In this document: in pieces, positions 27,194-36,317 of the stretch
Layout of the letters: each line of letters begins with the position of its first letter
Position numbering within the stretch: the first letter of the stretch is position 1
DNA from: Acidobacteriota bacterium
Lineage (GTDB): Bacteria > Acidobacteriota > Terriglobia > Versatilivoradales > Versatilivoraceae
Reading direction: 5' to 3'
Assembly: GCA_022616615.1 (NCBI GenBank)
Contig: JAKEER010000111.1
Location: forward strand, 1,478-65,477
Length of the DNA: 64,000 nt
Program-made: the position numbers and the translations under genes
Notes under the pieces: model-generated
The model's database searches: none
What the model saw: only the letters and a program-made list of their open reading frames with translations
What the model was told of the DNA's origin: nothing

Positions 27194-27826
27194 TTGAAGC
27201 AAGTCATCCGGATTGCTGCTCCATTGATTCTAGGGCTCTCGTTTAACTTCGCAGTTCCTATTACTGGAGCTCAGGAGCCGAAGAAGGAAGCCGCTCCGGC
27301 ATCGGCGTCTCCTACGGAGGCTCAGAAGACCGCCTCGAATGTGGGATCGGACTTTGTGATTGGTTCCGGTGATGTGCTGAATATCTTCGTCTGGAAAGAG
27401 CCCGAAGTCACCAGGACTGTTCCGGTGAGGCCCGATGGAAAGATATCGTTGCCGCTCGTCAACGACGTGCAGGCAAGCGGGTTGACAGCACTCGAACTCA
27501 AGAAGGTGCTGGAAGAAAGGCTGTCAAAATTCTTCTCAGAGCCCAACGTCACGGTTACTGTCGAGACCGTCAACAGCCAGAAGGTTACTGTCATGGGAGA
27601 GGTTTCCGGAGCGGGGCCAAAGCCGCTTGCGGGGCCGACGCGCGTCATGGATATCCTAGCAACATCTGGGTTTACACCTTTCGCGAAGACGACCAAGATC
27701 TATATTCTTCGCGAAGTCGATGGCAAGCAGCAGCGATTCAATTTCAACTACAAGGAATACCTCAAGGGCAAGAATAGCGAGCAGAATATTCTCCTTCGCA
27801 ATGGGGACACAATTGTTGTGCCCTAA
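27194..27826 (+). CDS. Polysaccharide export protein (Wza/Poly_export + SLBB family)
   Basis: TTG start after GGGAGGGA, signal peptide. GDVLNIFVWKEPE..., PVRPDGKISLPLVNDVQASGLTALELKK, terminal SLBB (LLRNGDTIVVP). Confidence 0.85.
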   Translation: MKQVIRIAAPLILGLSFNFAVPITGAQEPKKEAAPASASPTEAQKTASNVGSDFVIGSGDVLNIFVWKEPEVTRTVPVRPDGKISLPLVNDVQASGLTALELKKVLEERLSKFFSEPNVTVTVETVNSQKVTVMGEVSGAGPKPLAGPTRVMDILATSGFTPFAKTTKIYILREVDGKQQRFNFNYKEYLKGKNSEQNILLRNGDTIVVP

Positions 27827-27840
27827 AAAACTCACGAGAG

Positions 27841-29250
27841 ATGACACAGAATCGACTCCAAATACTGGTGCTGATGTCGCTGCTGAGCACACTCCTCCTT
27901 TCTGAAAGCACCTTCGCTCAGGCCGAGAAACCCAGCTCGGCTCCGGGAAACACCGCAACGGCAAAGGTCGACGATCGAAGACTTCCTTCCGCGACTGCTT
28001 TGGGCGACATCTTCTTTCGATCCAGAAACTCCTTGATCTTCTCCCTGGGCGTCCAGGAGTCCGCCACCGACAATCTGTATTTTTCTCCTGCTGCGTCACT
28101 CACTGGCGTCCCTGACAGCGGCAGGAGTGGATATATTCCTTTCACAACGCTTTCGGGACGGATGGCTTATCAACGTCAGCTTCAACGAACCACTTTCGGA
28201 TTGGACTACGGGGTGAGCGGCATTCTCTTCAGAAGCCGAGATTCTGGCGATTTCGTCTCACACGATGGGGGAATCGACTTGAGTTACCGGGTCACGCCGC
28301 GTGCCACATTCTCGATTGGTGACCGAATCTCTGTAAGTCCCGCCCCGGGCAGGTTTTACCGGCATGACTTAGTGCTTAACGCTGTGAGCCCGCAGGTTGT
28401 TCCGAACAGCACGCTTTTTATCGGTTTGAATCGAACCATCACCAATACAGCCTTCACCAGTTTTTCTTACGAAGTCAGCCGACGTTCTCAAATAACTCTG
28501 GGGGCTAATGGAGCCATCACTCGCTTCCAACAGCGAGACCTCAGCGAAATGAATCAGTCTGGGGGCCAACTCGCATACTCATATCAGGTGGCGGAACGAA
28601 CTGCAGTCAGTCTTGGCTATCAGTTTAGCTATTACGATTTTTCCCCACCGCGCACGCAAAACGTATCCGTGGCGTACAGTGGCATTGCGAGAAGTCACCT
28701 AGCCTACGTGGGTATTACCCATCAACTGACTCCCTCGATTGGTGCGTTCATCCAGGCCGGTCCCAGCTATATCGTCGGAAATTCCTTAGGTTTTTTCGGA
28801 GGGCCCGGACGCCGCCCAGGGATTCGCACCAGTGTCAATGGCGGGCTCACTTTCGGCGAAGCCATTTCACTGGATCCCAGAACCTTCTTCTCCATCCATG
28901 CTGGACAGAATATCTCTGACGGTTATGGGCTCGGCGGTATAACACAAACCCAGTCCGCGGGCGTTTCACTTGGGCGGCGGCTGACGAAAGTCCTGACTGG
29001 GTCGGTTCATGGGTCTTATTCCAGAAACCAGTTTCTTCTAAACCTAGACGCAAACGGAAAGCCCGTTACCACCAATGGCATCTCGTCAGGAGTCAACTTG
29101 AGTTTGAATGCCACCGAACGGTTTAACATCTTTGCCAACTATGTATACTTCAGGCAGCTTTCAAGCGGATTCTCAACGTTAATTCCGGACCGTGCCGACG
29201 GAAACACCTTCACCGTCGGCCTGAACTATAGCTTCCCAGTGTTTTTCTAA
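27841..29250 (+). CDS. Predicted outer-membrane beta-barrel protein of the EPS locus
   Basis: Signal peptide ending AQA, alternating beta-strand patterns throughout, C-terminal aromatic signature (GLNYSFPVFF). Confidence 0.6.
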   Translation: MTQNRLQILVLMSLLSTLLLSESTFAQAEKPSSAPGNTATAKVDDRRLPSATALGDIFFRSRNSLIFSLGVQESATDNLYFSPAASLTGVPDSGRSGYIPFTTLSGRMAYQRQLQRTTFGLDYGVSGILFRSRDSGDFVSHDGGIDLSYRVTPRATFSIGDRISVSPAPGRFYRHDLVLNAVSPQVVPNSTLFIGLNRTITNTAFTSFSYEVSRRSQITLGANGAITRFQQRDLSEMNQSGGQLAYSYQVAERTAVSLGYQFSYYDFSPPRTQNVSVAYSGIARSHLAYVGITHQLTPSIGAFIQAGPSYIVGNSLGFFGGPGRRPGIRTSVNGGLTFGEAISLDPRTFFSIHAGQNISDGYGLGGITQTQSAGVSLGRRLTKVLTGSVHGSYSRNQFLLNLDANGKPVTTNGISSGVNLSLNATERFNIFANYVYFRQLSSGFSTLIPDRADGNTFTVGLNYSFPVFF

Positions 29251-29278
29251 CGCCGAGGGCTCAGGGGGCTTCGTCGAC

Positions 29279-30841
29279 ATGCGCAACATTCAAAACCTGC
29301 AATTGGAAGATTACATAGATATTTTGAAGCGGCGCCTCGTTTGGGTCCTGGTGCCGGGAGTGCTTGTCTGGCTGGTGACGTTCTTCTACGTTCGGCGGCT
29401 GCCGAATGTTTATGTGTCTGAAACGGTGATCTTGGTTGAGCCTCCAAAGGTTCCTTCAGAGTATGTGAAGTCAACTGCGGTTGGGACGGTTCAAAGTCGC
29501 TTGTCTACGATTAGCCAGCAGATCATGAGTCGTACCCGCCTGGAAAAGATCATCCTCGATCATAGCCTCTACGTCGAAAGGCGAAAGACGGCTCCAATGG
29601 AGGAAGTCGTTGAGGGAATGCGACGAGATATCGAGCTCTTGGTCAACAAGTCGGATGCATTCACTCTCTCCTATAGAGCACAAGACCAAGCCTTGGCTCA
29701 GAAGGTGGCAAGCCAAATTGCTTCGCTGTACATTGAGGAAAACCTTAAGGCGCGGTCAGAACAAACGGAGGGAGTAACCCAGTTCTTGGACACCCAACTC
29801 AAACAGACTGAAGGCAAGCTAAAAGAGCTAGAAGATCGAATGAGTAATTTCAAGATTCATAACCTTGGTGCGTTGCCCGAGCAGCAGTCTGCCAACCTCT
29901 CGACACTCAGCCGGCTGCAAATGCAGCTTCAGGCAGCAATCGATTCAGTGAACCGGCTGGAAGAGAAGAAGATCTACCTGCAAAGGATGAATTCGGAGTT
30001 TGCAGCGCTCACGAAGTTCCGAGTTGCCAGCACTCCCTCACAGCCGTCGTCGGTCGCGGAGGTCCCGGCTGTGAGTGGATACGGTGATCTGGAACGGAAG
30101 AAAACCGAAAGGGACGCGCTTCACCGCCGATACACCTCTCAGCATCCTGATGTTCGAAAGCTGGAGGCCGAGATTGCAATTTTGGAGAAAAGATTTTCAG
30201 AATCCAAGGATGCAGTGAGTCGCGGAGCCGCCTCCAGTCCGCCTGAGCCTGAAGGGGACGATTCCGATTATGTTCTGGCTAAGGCCGAAATGCAGTCCCA
30301 GTTCGACGTTCTCGAAAAACAGATTCAGCAGGGCCGTCAAGAGCAGGAAAAAATCAAGAAAGAAATGCTCCTGTACCAGTCACGTGTCGATTTGGTGCCA
30401 CGCATTGAACAGATGCAGAAGGAGATCAGCAGAGACTACGACACGACACGCCAGCACTATCAGAGCCTACTGGGGAAAAGGAATGATGCGGCTATGGCAA
30501 CGAACCTGGAACAGCGACAAAAGGGAGAACAGTTCCGCATTCTGGATCCAGCCAGTCTTCCTGAGAAACCTGCGGAGCCCAACCGACTGCGATTGAACCT
30601 TATGGGGTTGGCAATCGGTCTTGCCTTTGGAGCGGCGCTGTCACTGATTTTGGAGCTAAAAGATAGCTCTGTGAGAAGCGAGAGCGAACTCGCTCTGCTA
30701 ACTAAGCTTCCAGTCTTGATTTCGGTTCCATTTATCGGAGAACCCGCACCGCCAGAACCTGGGACGCGGTCGTCCGAACACTTTTTGAAGACCTTTTGGA
30801 AGCGACTCGGTCTATCTCATTCACTTTCTACTCCTGATTAA
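29279..30841 (+). CDS. Polysaccharide chain-length determinant (Wzz/GumC/PCP family)
   Basis: N-terminal TM, long coiled-coil periplasmic region, proline-rich motif before the second TM (LDPASLPEKPAEPNRLRLNLMGLAIGLAFG). Confidence 0.85.
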   Translation: MRNIQNLQLEDYIDILKRRLVWVLVPGVLVWLVTFFYVRRLPNVYVSETVILVEPPKVPSEYVKSTAVGTVQSRLSTISQQIMSRTRLEKIILDHSLYVERRKTAPMEEVVEGMRRDIELLVNKSDAFTLSYRAQDQALAQKVASQIASLYIEENLKARSEQTEGVTQFLDTQLKQTEGKLKELEDRMSNFKIHNLGALPEQQSANLSTLSRLQMQLQAAIDSVNRLEEKKIYLQRMNSEFAALTKFRVASTPSQPSSVAEVPAVSGYGDLERKKTERDALHRRYTSQHPDVRKLEAEIAILEKRFSESKDAVSRGAASSPPEPEGDDSDYVLAKAEMQSQFDVLEKQIQQGRQEQEKIKKEMLLYQSRVDLVPRIEQMQKEISRDYDTTRQHYQSLLGKRNDAAMATNLEQRQKGEQFRILDPASLPEKPAEPNRLRLNLMGLAIGLAFGAALSLILELKDSSVRSESELALLTKLPVLISVPFIGEPAPPEPGTRSSEHFLKTFWKRLGLSHSLSTPD

Positions 30842-30846
30842 CAAGC

Positions 30847-31836
30847 ATGTACGAATCATTCTATCAACTGAAAGAGAAGCCGTTTAATCTGAGCCCGGAT
30901 CCACGATTCATCTATTTCACCGAAAGGCACTGCGAGGCGTTAGCGAACTTGGTCTACGGGATTCGCGAACGCAAGGGCTTCCTGGTGCTGTCAGGAGAGG
31001 TTGGCACAGGCAAGACCACGTTAGTCAATGCCCTCCTGGATACTTTGGACCGGACGGGGATTCTTTCGGCCTTTGTCTTTAATCCAATTCTGACAAGCGC
31101 CGAGTTTTTCGAGTATCTGATGGCCGACCTCAACCTCAAGGCAGATGTGCGCTCCAAGAGCCAGGTCTTGATCAAGCTGAATTCACTGCTTCTAGAGCGT
31201 TATCGAACCGGCCAGATTACGGTGTTGATTGTGGACGAGGCGCAGAACCTGAGTCCCGAAATTCTGGAAGAAATTCGTCTGTTGACGAATTTGGAGACCG
31301 CCACCGAGAAGCTTCTGCAGATTGTTTTGGTCGGCCAGCCAGAGCTGAGTCTGAAGTTGAACTCGCCCGAATTGCGCCAATTGAAACAGCGCATCAGTTT
31401 GCGTTGCACGCTGGATCCGCTGACACTCTCTGAAACTCGGGAATACATCCGCACGCGGATGGAAATTGCCGGTGTTCCCAATCAGCAGATCTTCTCCGAT
31501 TCCACAATCACGGAGGTTTTCCGCTGCTCGGGCGGAATTCCACGGCTCGTGAACACCATCTGTGACAATGCCTTGCTGAACGGCTATGCCTGTGACACAC
31601 GAAGCATCGGCGTCGAAATCATTCACGAAGTAGCCGAGGATCTGGAGTTATCGGAAGCTCATCGTTATCCTCTAAGAAGAGCACGCACCGCAGGAGAACG
31701 CAGAACGTTTGGTGATCTGGTGGCAGAAGGCGACTATTTGGAGCCACGAAACAATGGAAAGGCCGATTCCCATGAATCGGAGTCGTTTGATCTTTTTGTT
31801 CAATTCGTGGATAAGCTGAGGGATCGAAGCAAGTAG
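30847..31836 (+). CDS. ExeA/GspA-like AAA ATPase associated with EPS loci
   Basis: FYQLKEKPFNLSPDPRFIYF, Walker A GEVGTGKTT, Walker B LIVDEAQNL. Confidence 0.85.
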   Translation: MYESFYQLKEKPFNLSPDPRFIYFTERHCEALANLVYGIRERKGFLVLSGEVGTGKTTLVNALLDTLDRTGILSAFVFNPILTSAEFFEYLMADLNLKADVRSKSQVLIKLNSLLLERYRTGQITVLIVDEAQNLSPEILEEIRLLTNLETATEKLLQIVLVGQPELSLKLNSPELRQLKQRISLRCTLDPLTLSETREYIRTRMEIAGVPNQQIFSDSTITEVFRCSGGIPRLVNTICDNALLNGYACDTRSIGVEIIHEVAEDLELSEAHRYPLRRARTAGERRTFGDLVAEGDYLEPRNNGKADSHESESFDLFVQFVDKLRDRSK

Positions 31837-31863
31837 CCAAACTCGTTGTGGGCAAGGAGGGGC

Positions 31864-32751
31864 ATGAGTAGAGTTCATCAAGCCATCAGAAGAGCAGAAA
31901 AGGAGAATCGGGGGGAAGCCGCAAGGCAGTTGCCCTCGGGCAGAAGCGTTCACCAGGGCCTGAGAAAAGAGGCCGCCCCTCTCGAAGCTCCGACACAACC
32001 CGACGTCTGGTCGGAAACTAGTACAAGTTCGCCAACTGGCCAGCCGGAAACTCCACGGGCAGGATTGTCAATTCTGCAAGATCCCAGACTTGTGGCGCTG
32101 TCGGCGCCGAAGTCCTTTCCCAGCGAACAGTACCGCACCCTAAAGACAAAGTTGTATCAGATGAAGAATGGCGGCGCCCTGCGAACCGTTCTGATCACGA
32201 GTGCTGCTGCCGCTGACGGAAAGACGCTGACGGCCGTGAATCTCGCCCTCACCATTTCGCAGGAGATTGAGCAAAAGGTTCTGCTGGTTGACTGTGACCT
32301 GCGCAGGCCATCCGTTCACAAAGCATTAGGATTTCCCAAGACTGATGGACTAGCGGACTTCCTCAGCCAGGAGATGCCTTCCTCCAAGGTCATGCTCACC
32401 ACGAGGATCCCTAATTTTTGGGTTATTCCTGCGGGAAGCGTTCCGGAGAATCCTGCGGAATTACTGAACACCCAGAAGATGAAGGATTTCCTGGCATCTG
32501 TTTCTGAACAATTTGACTGGGTTATTATCGACTCTCCGCCCATTGTTCCCTTGGCAGATGCAGAACTGCTGTCTTCCCTGGTCGACGGAACCCTCCTGGT
32601 TGTCCGGGCCAGCCAAACACCAGCCGAGTCAGTGACGAAAGCGGTGCAGACTCTAAAGAACGGAAAGGTTTTGGGAGTCGTCTTTAACGGAACCAAAGTT
32701 TCAAAGAAATCCAACTATTACTATTATTCCTACGGGTCCTCAAAAGCCTGA
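31864..32751 (+). CDS. Bacterial tyrosine autokinase (CpsD/CapB/Wzc C-terminal type)
   Basis: Walker A-like ITSAAAADGKT, Walker A' VLLVDCDLRRP, Walker B VIIDSPP, and a C-terminal Tyr cluster (NYYYYSYG). Confidence 0.85.
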   Translation: MSRVHQAIRRAEKENRGEAARQLPSGRSVHQGLRKEAAPLEAPTQPDVWSETSTSSPTGQPETPRAGLSILQDPRLVALSAPKSFPSEQYRTLKTKLYQMKNGGALRTVLITSAAAADGKTLTAVNLALTISQEIEQKVLLVDCDLRRPSVHKALGFPKTDGLADFLSQEMPSSKVMLTTRIPNFWVIPAGSVPENPAELLNTQKMKDFLASVSEQFDWVIIDSPPIVPLADAELLSSLVDGTLLVVRASQTPAESVTKAVQTLKNGKVLGVVFNGTKVSKKSNYYYYSYGSSKA

Positions 32752-32754
32752 TCC

Positions 32755-34149
32755 ATGCTCAAGGTGTTCAATCAGTATCTGCCCAGTCGAACCCTCTTTC
32801 TCCTCGTGTCTGAGACCGTGCTCATTCTCGCCGGGATTCTGCTGGCCGCGGCCATCCAATCGAGTCACGGTCAGGATTCGAAGTTACTGGAAGAGGCCGA
32901 GGTATTGAAGGCATTGCTGATCGCCTTCGTTTGCCAGCTCTGCCTCTACTATCACGATCTTTACGACCTGCAGATCGTTAAAGAGCGCGGTGAGCTTTTC
33001 GCTCGGTTGCTCCAAGCCATGGGGGTTTGGTCCATTCTTATCGCGGGGATATATGTGCTGTTTCCGTCGATGTTCCTAGGCCAAGGAGTATCGATTCTCG
33101 CGGTATTTCTCCTGCTGGTTTCTCTGGTTGCTTGGCGAGTAGCTTTTTTCTGGCTCAGCCAGAGAACAGCATTGGCAACTTCTACGTTGATCCTCGGCAC
33201 TGGAGACCTGGCGAGGAAAATCGCAGCTGAAGTCTCAAGTCGTCCAGAGGTCGGGATTCGAATTGTCGGATTTGTCAGTGAAGACCGGACCCTCGTCGGT
33301 AAGTCCATTGTCAACCCCACTGTCTTGGGTGAGGTTGCGGATCTTGGCACCATCGTTGACCAGGAGCGGGTTAGCGAGGTGGTTGTTGCGATGCCCGAAG
33401 GCAGGGGAAGGCTGCCGTTCACCGAGTTGTTGGACCTCAAGCTTAAAGGCCTTTCAATTATTGAAGCTACGAGCCTTTATGAAAAACTCACTGGCAAGAT
33501 TGCGGTCGAAAGCCTTCGCCCGAGCTGGTTGATCTTTTCTGAGGGCTTTAGAAAGTCCCCCATAACTCACTTTTACAAGCGATTGTTCGGCATTCTTTTT
33601 TCTACGTTCGGTCTCATCGTTCTGATGCCGGTAATGGTGCTAGTAGCCCTCCTCATCAAGCTCGATTCCAGAGGGCCTGTCTTGTTCCGACAGAAGCGGG
33701 TAGGCGAAGGCGGCAAGACGTTCGACTTGCTCAAATTTCGCTCGATGCATGTGGATGCCGAAGCGGCCTCTGGCCCGGTGTGGGCACAGAAAGACGACAG
33801 CCGGATCACTCACGTTGGCAAGTTTATTCGCAAAGTCCGGCTGGACGAACTGCCGCAGTTTATTAACGTGCTGAAAGGCGACATGAGTTTTGTGGGTCCC
33901 CGGCCTGAGCGCCCGCATTTTGTTGCACAACTGGGTGAGAAAATCCCTTACTACAGTCAACGCCATACCGTCAAACCCGGCATCACGGGCTGGGCTCAAG
34001 TCAGATACCATTACGGTGGCTCCATCGGCGATACGATTGAAAAGCTCCAATACGACCTTTACTACATCAAGCACATGTCGATCGCGTTGGACCTCCTGAT
34101 CATCTTCCAGACCATAAAAATCGTCTTGTTGAGGAGAGGCTCCCTTTGA
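32755..34149 (+). CDS. Undecaprenyl-phosphate sugar phosphotransferase (WcaJ/EpsB-type priming enzyme)
   Basis: Four N-terminal TMs, CoA-binding-like linker, C-terminal Bac_transf domain (RQKRVG, DELPQFINVLKGDMSFVGPRPERP). Confidence 0.9.
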   Translation: MLKVFNQYLPSRTLFLLVSETVLILAGILLAAAIQSSHGQDSKLLEEAEVLKALLIAFVCQLCLYYHDLYDLQIVKERGELFARLLQAMGVWSILIAGIYVLFPSMFLGQGVSILAVFLLLVSLVAWRVAFFWLSQRTALATSTLILGTGDLARKIAAEVSSRPEVGIRIVGFVSEDRTLVGKSIVNPTVLGEVADLGTIVDQERVSEVVVAMPEGRGRLPFTELLDLKLKGLSIIEATSLYEKLTGKIAVESLRPSWLIFSEGFRKSPITHFYKRLFGILFSTFGLIVLMPVMVLVALLIKLDSRGPVLFRQKRVGEGGKTFDLLKFRSMHVDAEAASGPVWAQKDDSRITHVGKFIRKVRLDELPQFINVLKGDMSFVGPRPERPHFVAQLGEKIPYYSQRHTVKPGITGWAQVRYHYGGSIGDTIEKLQYDLYYIKHMSIALDLLIIFQTIKIVLLRRGSL

Positions 34150-34198
34150 CTCTTCGTCGTAGTTACCCGAGGGGTTGAAATGCGATTTGAGGAATCCT

Positions 34199-35503
34199 AT
34201 GCACGTTACTGTAGTCGGCACCGGTTATGTCGGGCTGGTGTCCGGAGCGGGACTGGCTGATTTCGGACTCAGTGTCACTTGTGTAGATAGTGATGAGCGG
34301 AAGGTGCAGAGACTCCAGGATGGCCAGATTCCGATTTACGAGATTGGTCTGGAGGAAATTTTTCGACGCAATGTCAAAAACCGTCGATTGACGTTTTCGT
34401 CTGATTTGAAATCAGCTGTTGAACAATCGCTTGTTGTTTTCATAGCCGTCGGTACACCCGAAGGCGTGAATGGAGAGCCTGACCTCTCGCAGGTCCGTTC
34501 CGTCGCCAGTTCGCTGGCGAAATACATGGACGACTACAAGGTCATCGCCACCAAGAGCACGGTTCCGGTCGGCACCGGGAGGAAGATTCGAGCCTGGATT
34601 GAAGAGAGCTTGAAGAAGCCGATGAAATTCGATGTCGTCTCCAACCCGGAGTTCCTGCGCGAAGGCTCGGCCATCGAGGACTTCATGCGCCCGAACCGTG
34701 TCGTCATTGGAGCAGAGAGCGAACAGGCAGCCGCCATTGTCAAGGATATCTATCGGCCTCTTTATCTCATCGAGACTCCGTTCGTCATGACGAATCTTGA
34801 AACGGCAGAACTCATCAAGTATGCCTCGAATGCTTTTCTGGCAACCAAGATTTCCTTTATCAACGAAATGGCTAATCTCTGCGAAAAGGTGGGAGCCGAT
34901 ATCCATGATGTCTCCCGCGGGATGGGACTGGACAAGCGGATCGGCTCGAAGTTCCTGCATCCAGGACCAGGGTTTGGCGGCTCCTGCTTTCCGAAGGATG
35001 TGGCTGCCCTTTGCACCATGGGAAGGTGGTTCGGGAACCCGATGCGAATCGCCGAATCTGTTCTTGAAGTCAACCAGCAGCAGAAGGCTCGAGTCGTTGC
35101 CATGATGGAAGAAGGGTTGGCAGGGCTGTCGAACCGGACAATCGGGGTGTGGGGTCTTGCCTTCAAACCGAACACTGATGATACCCGCGAATCTCCTGCC
35201 ATCAACATCTGCCACCGATTGCTCGAAGGAAAGGCCCTTATCCAAGTCTACGATCCCGTGGCGATGAACAATGCCAAAGGAGAGCTTGGAGAAAAGGGCA
35301 TCAGCTACTGTGCCGATGCTTACGCTGCTGCATGCGGTGCCGACGGACTGCTGATCGGCACGGAGTGGAATGAGTTTCGAAATGTCGATTTACAGAAGGT
35401 TAAGTCAGTGATGAAAACGCCGATACTGTTTGATGTGCGAAACATCTTTGATCCTGCGAAGCTTCGCACGCTCGGATTCCGATACTTCGGAATGGGGCGT
35501 TGA
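34199..35503 (+). CDS. ugd: UDP-glucose/nucleotide-sugar 6-dehydrogenase (copy 1)
   Basis: MHVTVVGTGYVGLV Rossmann motif, catalytic Cys in GFGGSCFPKD. ATG at 34199. Confidence 0.9.
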   Translation: MHVTVVGTGYVGLVSGAGLADFGLSVTCVDSDERKVQRLQDGQIPIYEIGLEEIFRRNVKNRRLTFSSDLKSAVEQSLVVFIAVGTPEGVNGEPDLSQVRSVASSLAKYMDDYKVIATKSTVPVGTGRKIRAWIEESLKKPMKFDVVSNPEFLREGSAIEDFMRPNRVVIGAESEQAAAIVKDIYRPLYLIETPFVMTNLETAELIKYASNAFLATKISFINEMANLCEKVGADIHDVSRGMGLDKRIGSKFLHPGPGFGGSCFPKDVAALCTMGRWFGNPMRIAESVLEVNQQQKARVVAMMEEGLAGLSNRTIGVWGLAFKPNTDDTRESPAINICHRLLEGKALIQVYDPVAMNNAKGELGEKGISYCADAYAAACGADGLLIGTEWNEFRNVDLQKVKSVMKTPILFDVRNIFDPAKLRTLGFRYFGMGR

Positions 35504-35528
35504 AACGCCACATCAACTCGAAAAATCG

Positions 35529-36050
35529 ATGGAGACCCAAACCAACTCCGCAGCGCAGTGGCAGCCTTCGTGGTTCGCGGTCTACACGCGGAGCCGCCAC
35601 GAACATGCGGTCAAGACACAACTCGACAGTAAGGGCATCGAGGGTTTCCTTCCGGCGTACAACAAGGTGAGCCAGTGGAAAGACCGAAGAAGGACAATCG
35701 AGATGCCGCTCTTCCCAGGTTATTTGTTTGTGAAGATTCCACCAATTAACCGGCTGGAGGTTCTCAAAGCATTCGGCGTCGTAAGATTGGTGGGTGATGG
35801 TTGTGCGCCGCTGCCTGTCCCCGAAGTGCAAATTCAGAACATCCATCGACTGCTTGAAACCGGATTCAAATATGATCCGCACCCCTACTTGCAAATCGGT
35901 CGCCGAGTTCGAATTACCAATGGGCCCTTGAGTGGCCTTGAGGGAATTCTGGCGAGAAAGAAGAATCTTTCTCGCCTTGTTGTGTCGGTTGACTTGATTG
36001 AACGAGCGGTTTCGGTCGAGATCGACTCGTGGAATGTCGAGCGCATTTGA
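35529..36050 (+). CDS. NusG paralogue (RfaH/UpxY-like operon-specific antiterminator)
   Basis: NGN domain (WFAVYTRSRHEHAV...LFPGYLFVKI) plus KOW motif (GRRVRITNGPLSGLEGIL). ATG at 35529. Confidence 0.8.
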   Translation: METQTNSAAQWQPSWFAVYTRSRHEHAVKTQLDSKGIEGFLPAYNKVSQWKDRRRTIEMPLFPGYLFVKIPPINRLEVLKAFGVVRLVGDGCAPLPVPEVQIQNIHRLLETGFKYDPHPYLQIGRRVRITNGPLSGLEGILARKKNLSRLVVSVDLIERAVSVEIDSWNVERI

Positions 36051-36317
36051 CTCGATAATCTCGTTAAGTTTGTTTTGTTCAATCAGTTGCAGTTGATTCA
36101 GTCTGTAACTGAGAGGGCGGAGCTGTCTAGGCGCTGGTGCCCTCGCTCGCTAGACCAAGGGAAGCAGTTTTTGACAAGACATCTTGCAGTCCCACCTAAT
36201 CTGCCTTCCGCTCCGTTTGTTCCTGTGCTCCAGTTGCGGCACTGAGTGACGACCCCTGATAGGCCGGCTGGACTCACCTTGGCTTCCTTCAAATAACTCA
36301 CTCTTAAGAATCGAACT

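Noticed and set aside
36135-36150. Sigma-54-like TGGTGCCCTCGCTCGC in the asnB leader
   Set aside because: The GC of the -12 element is displaced by one nucleotide relative to the strict GG-N10-GC spacing.
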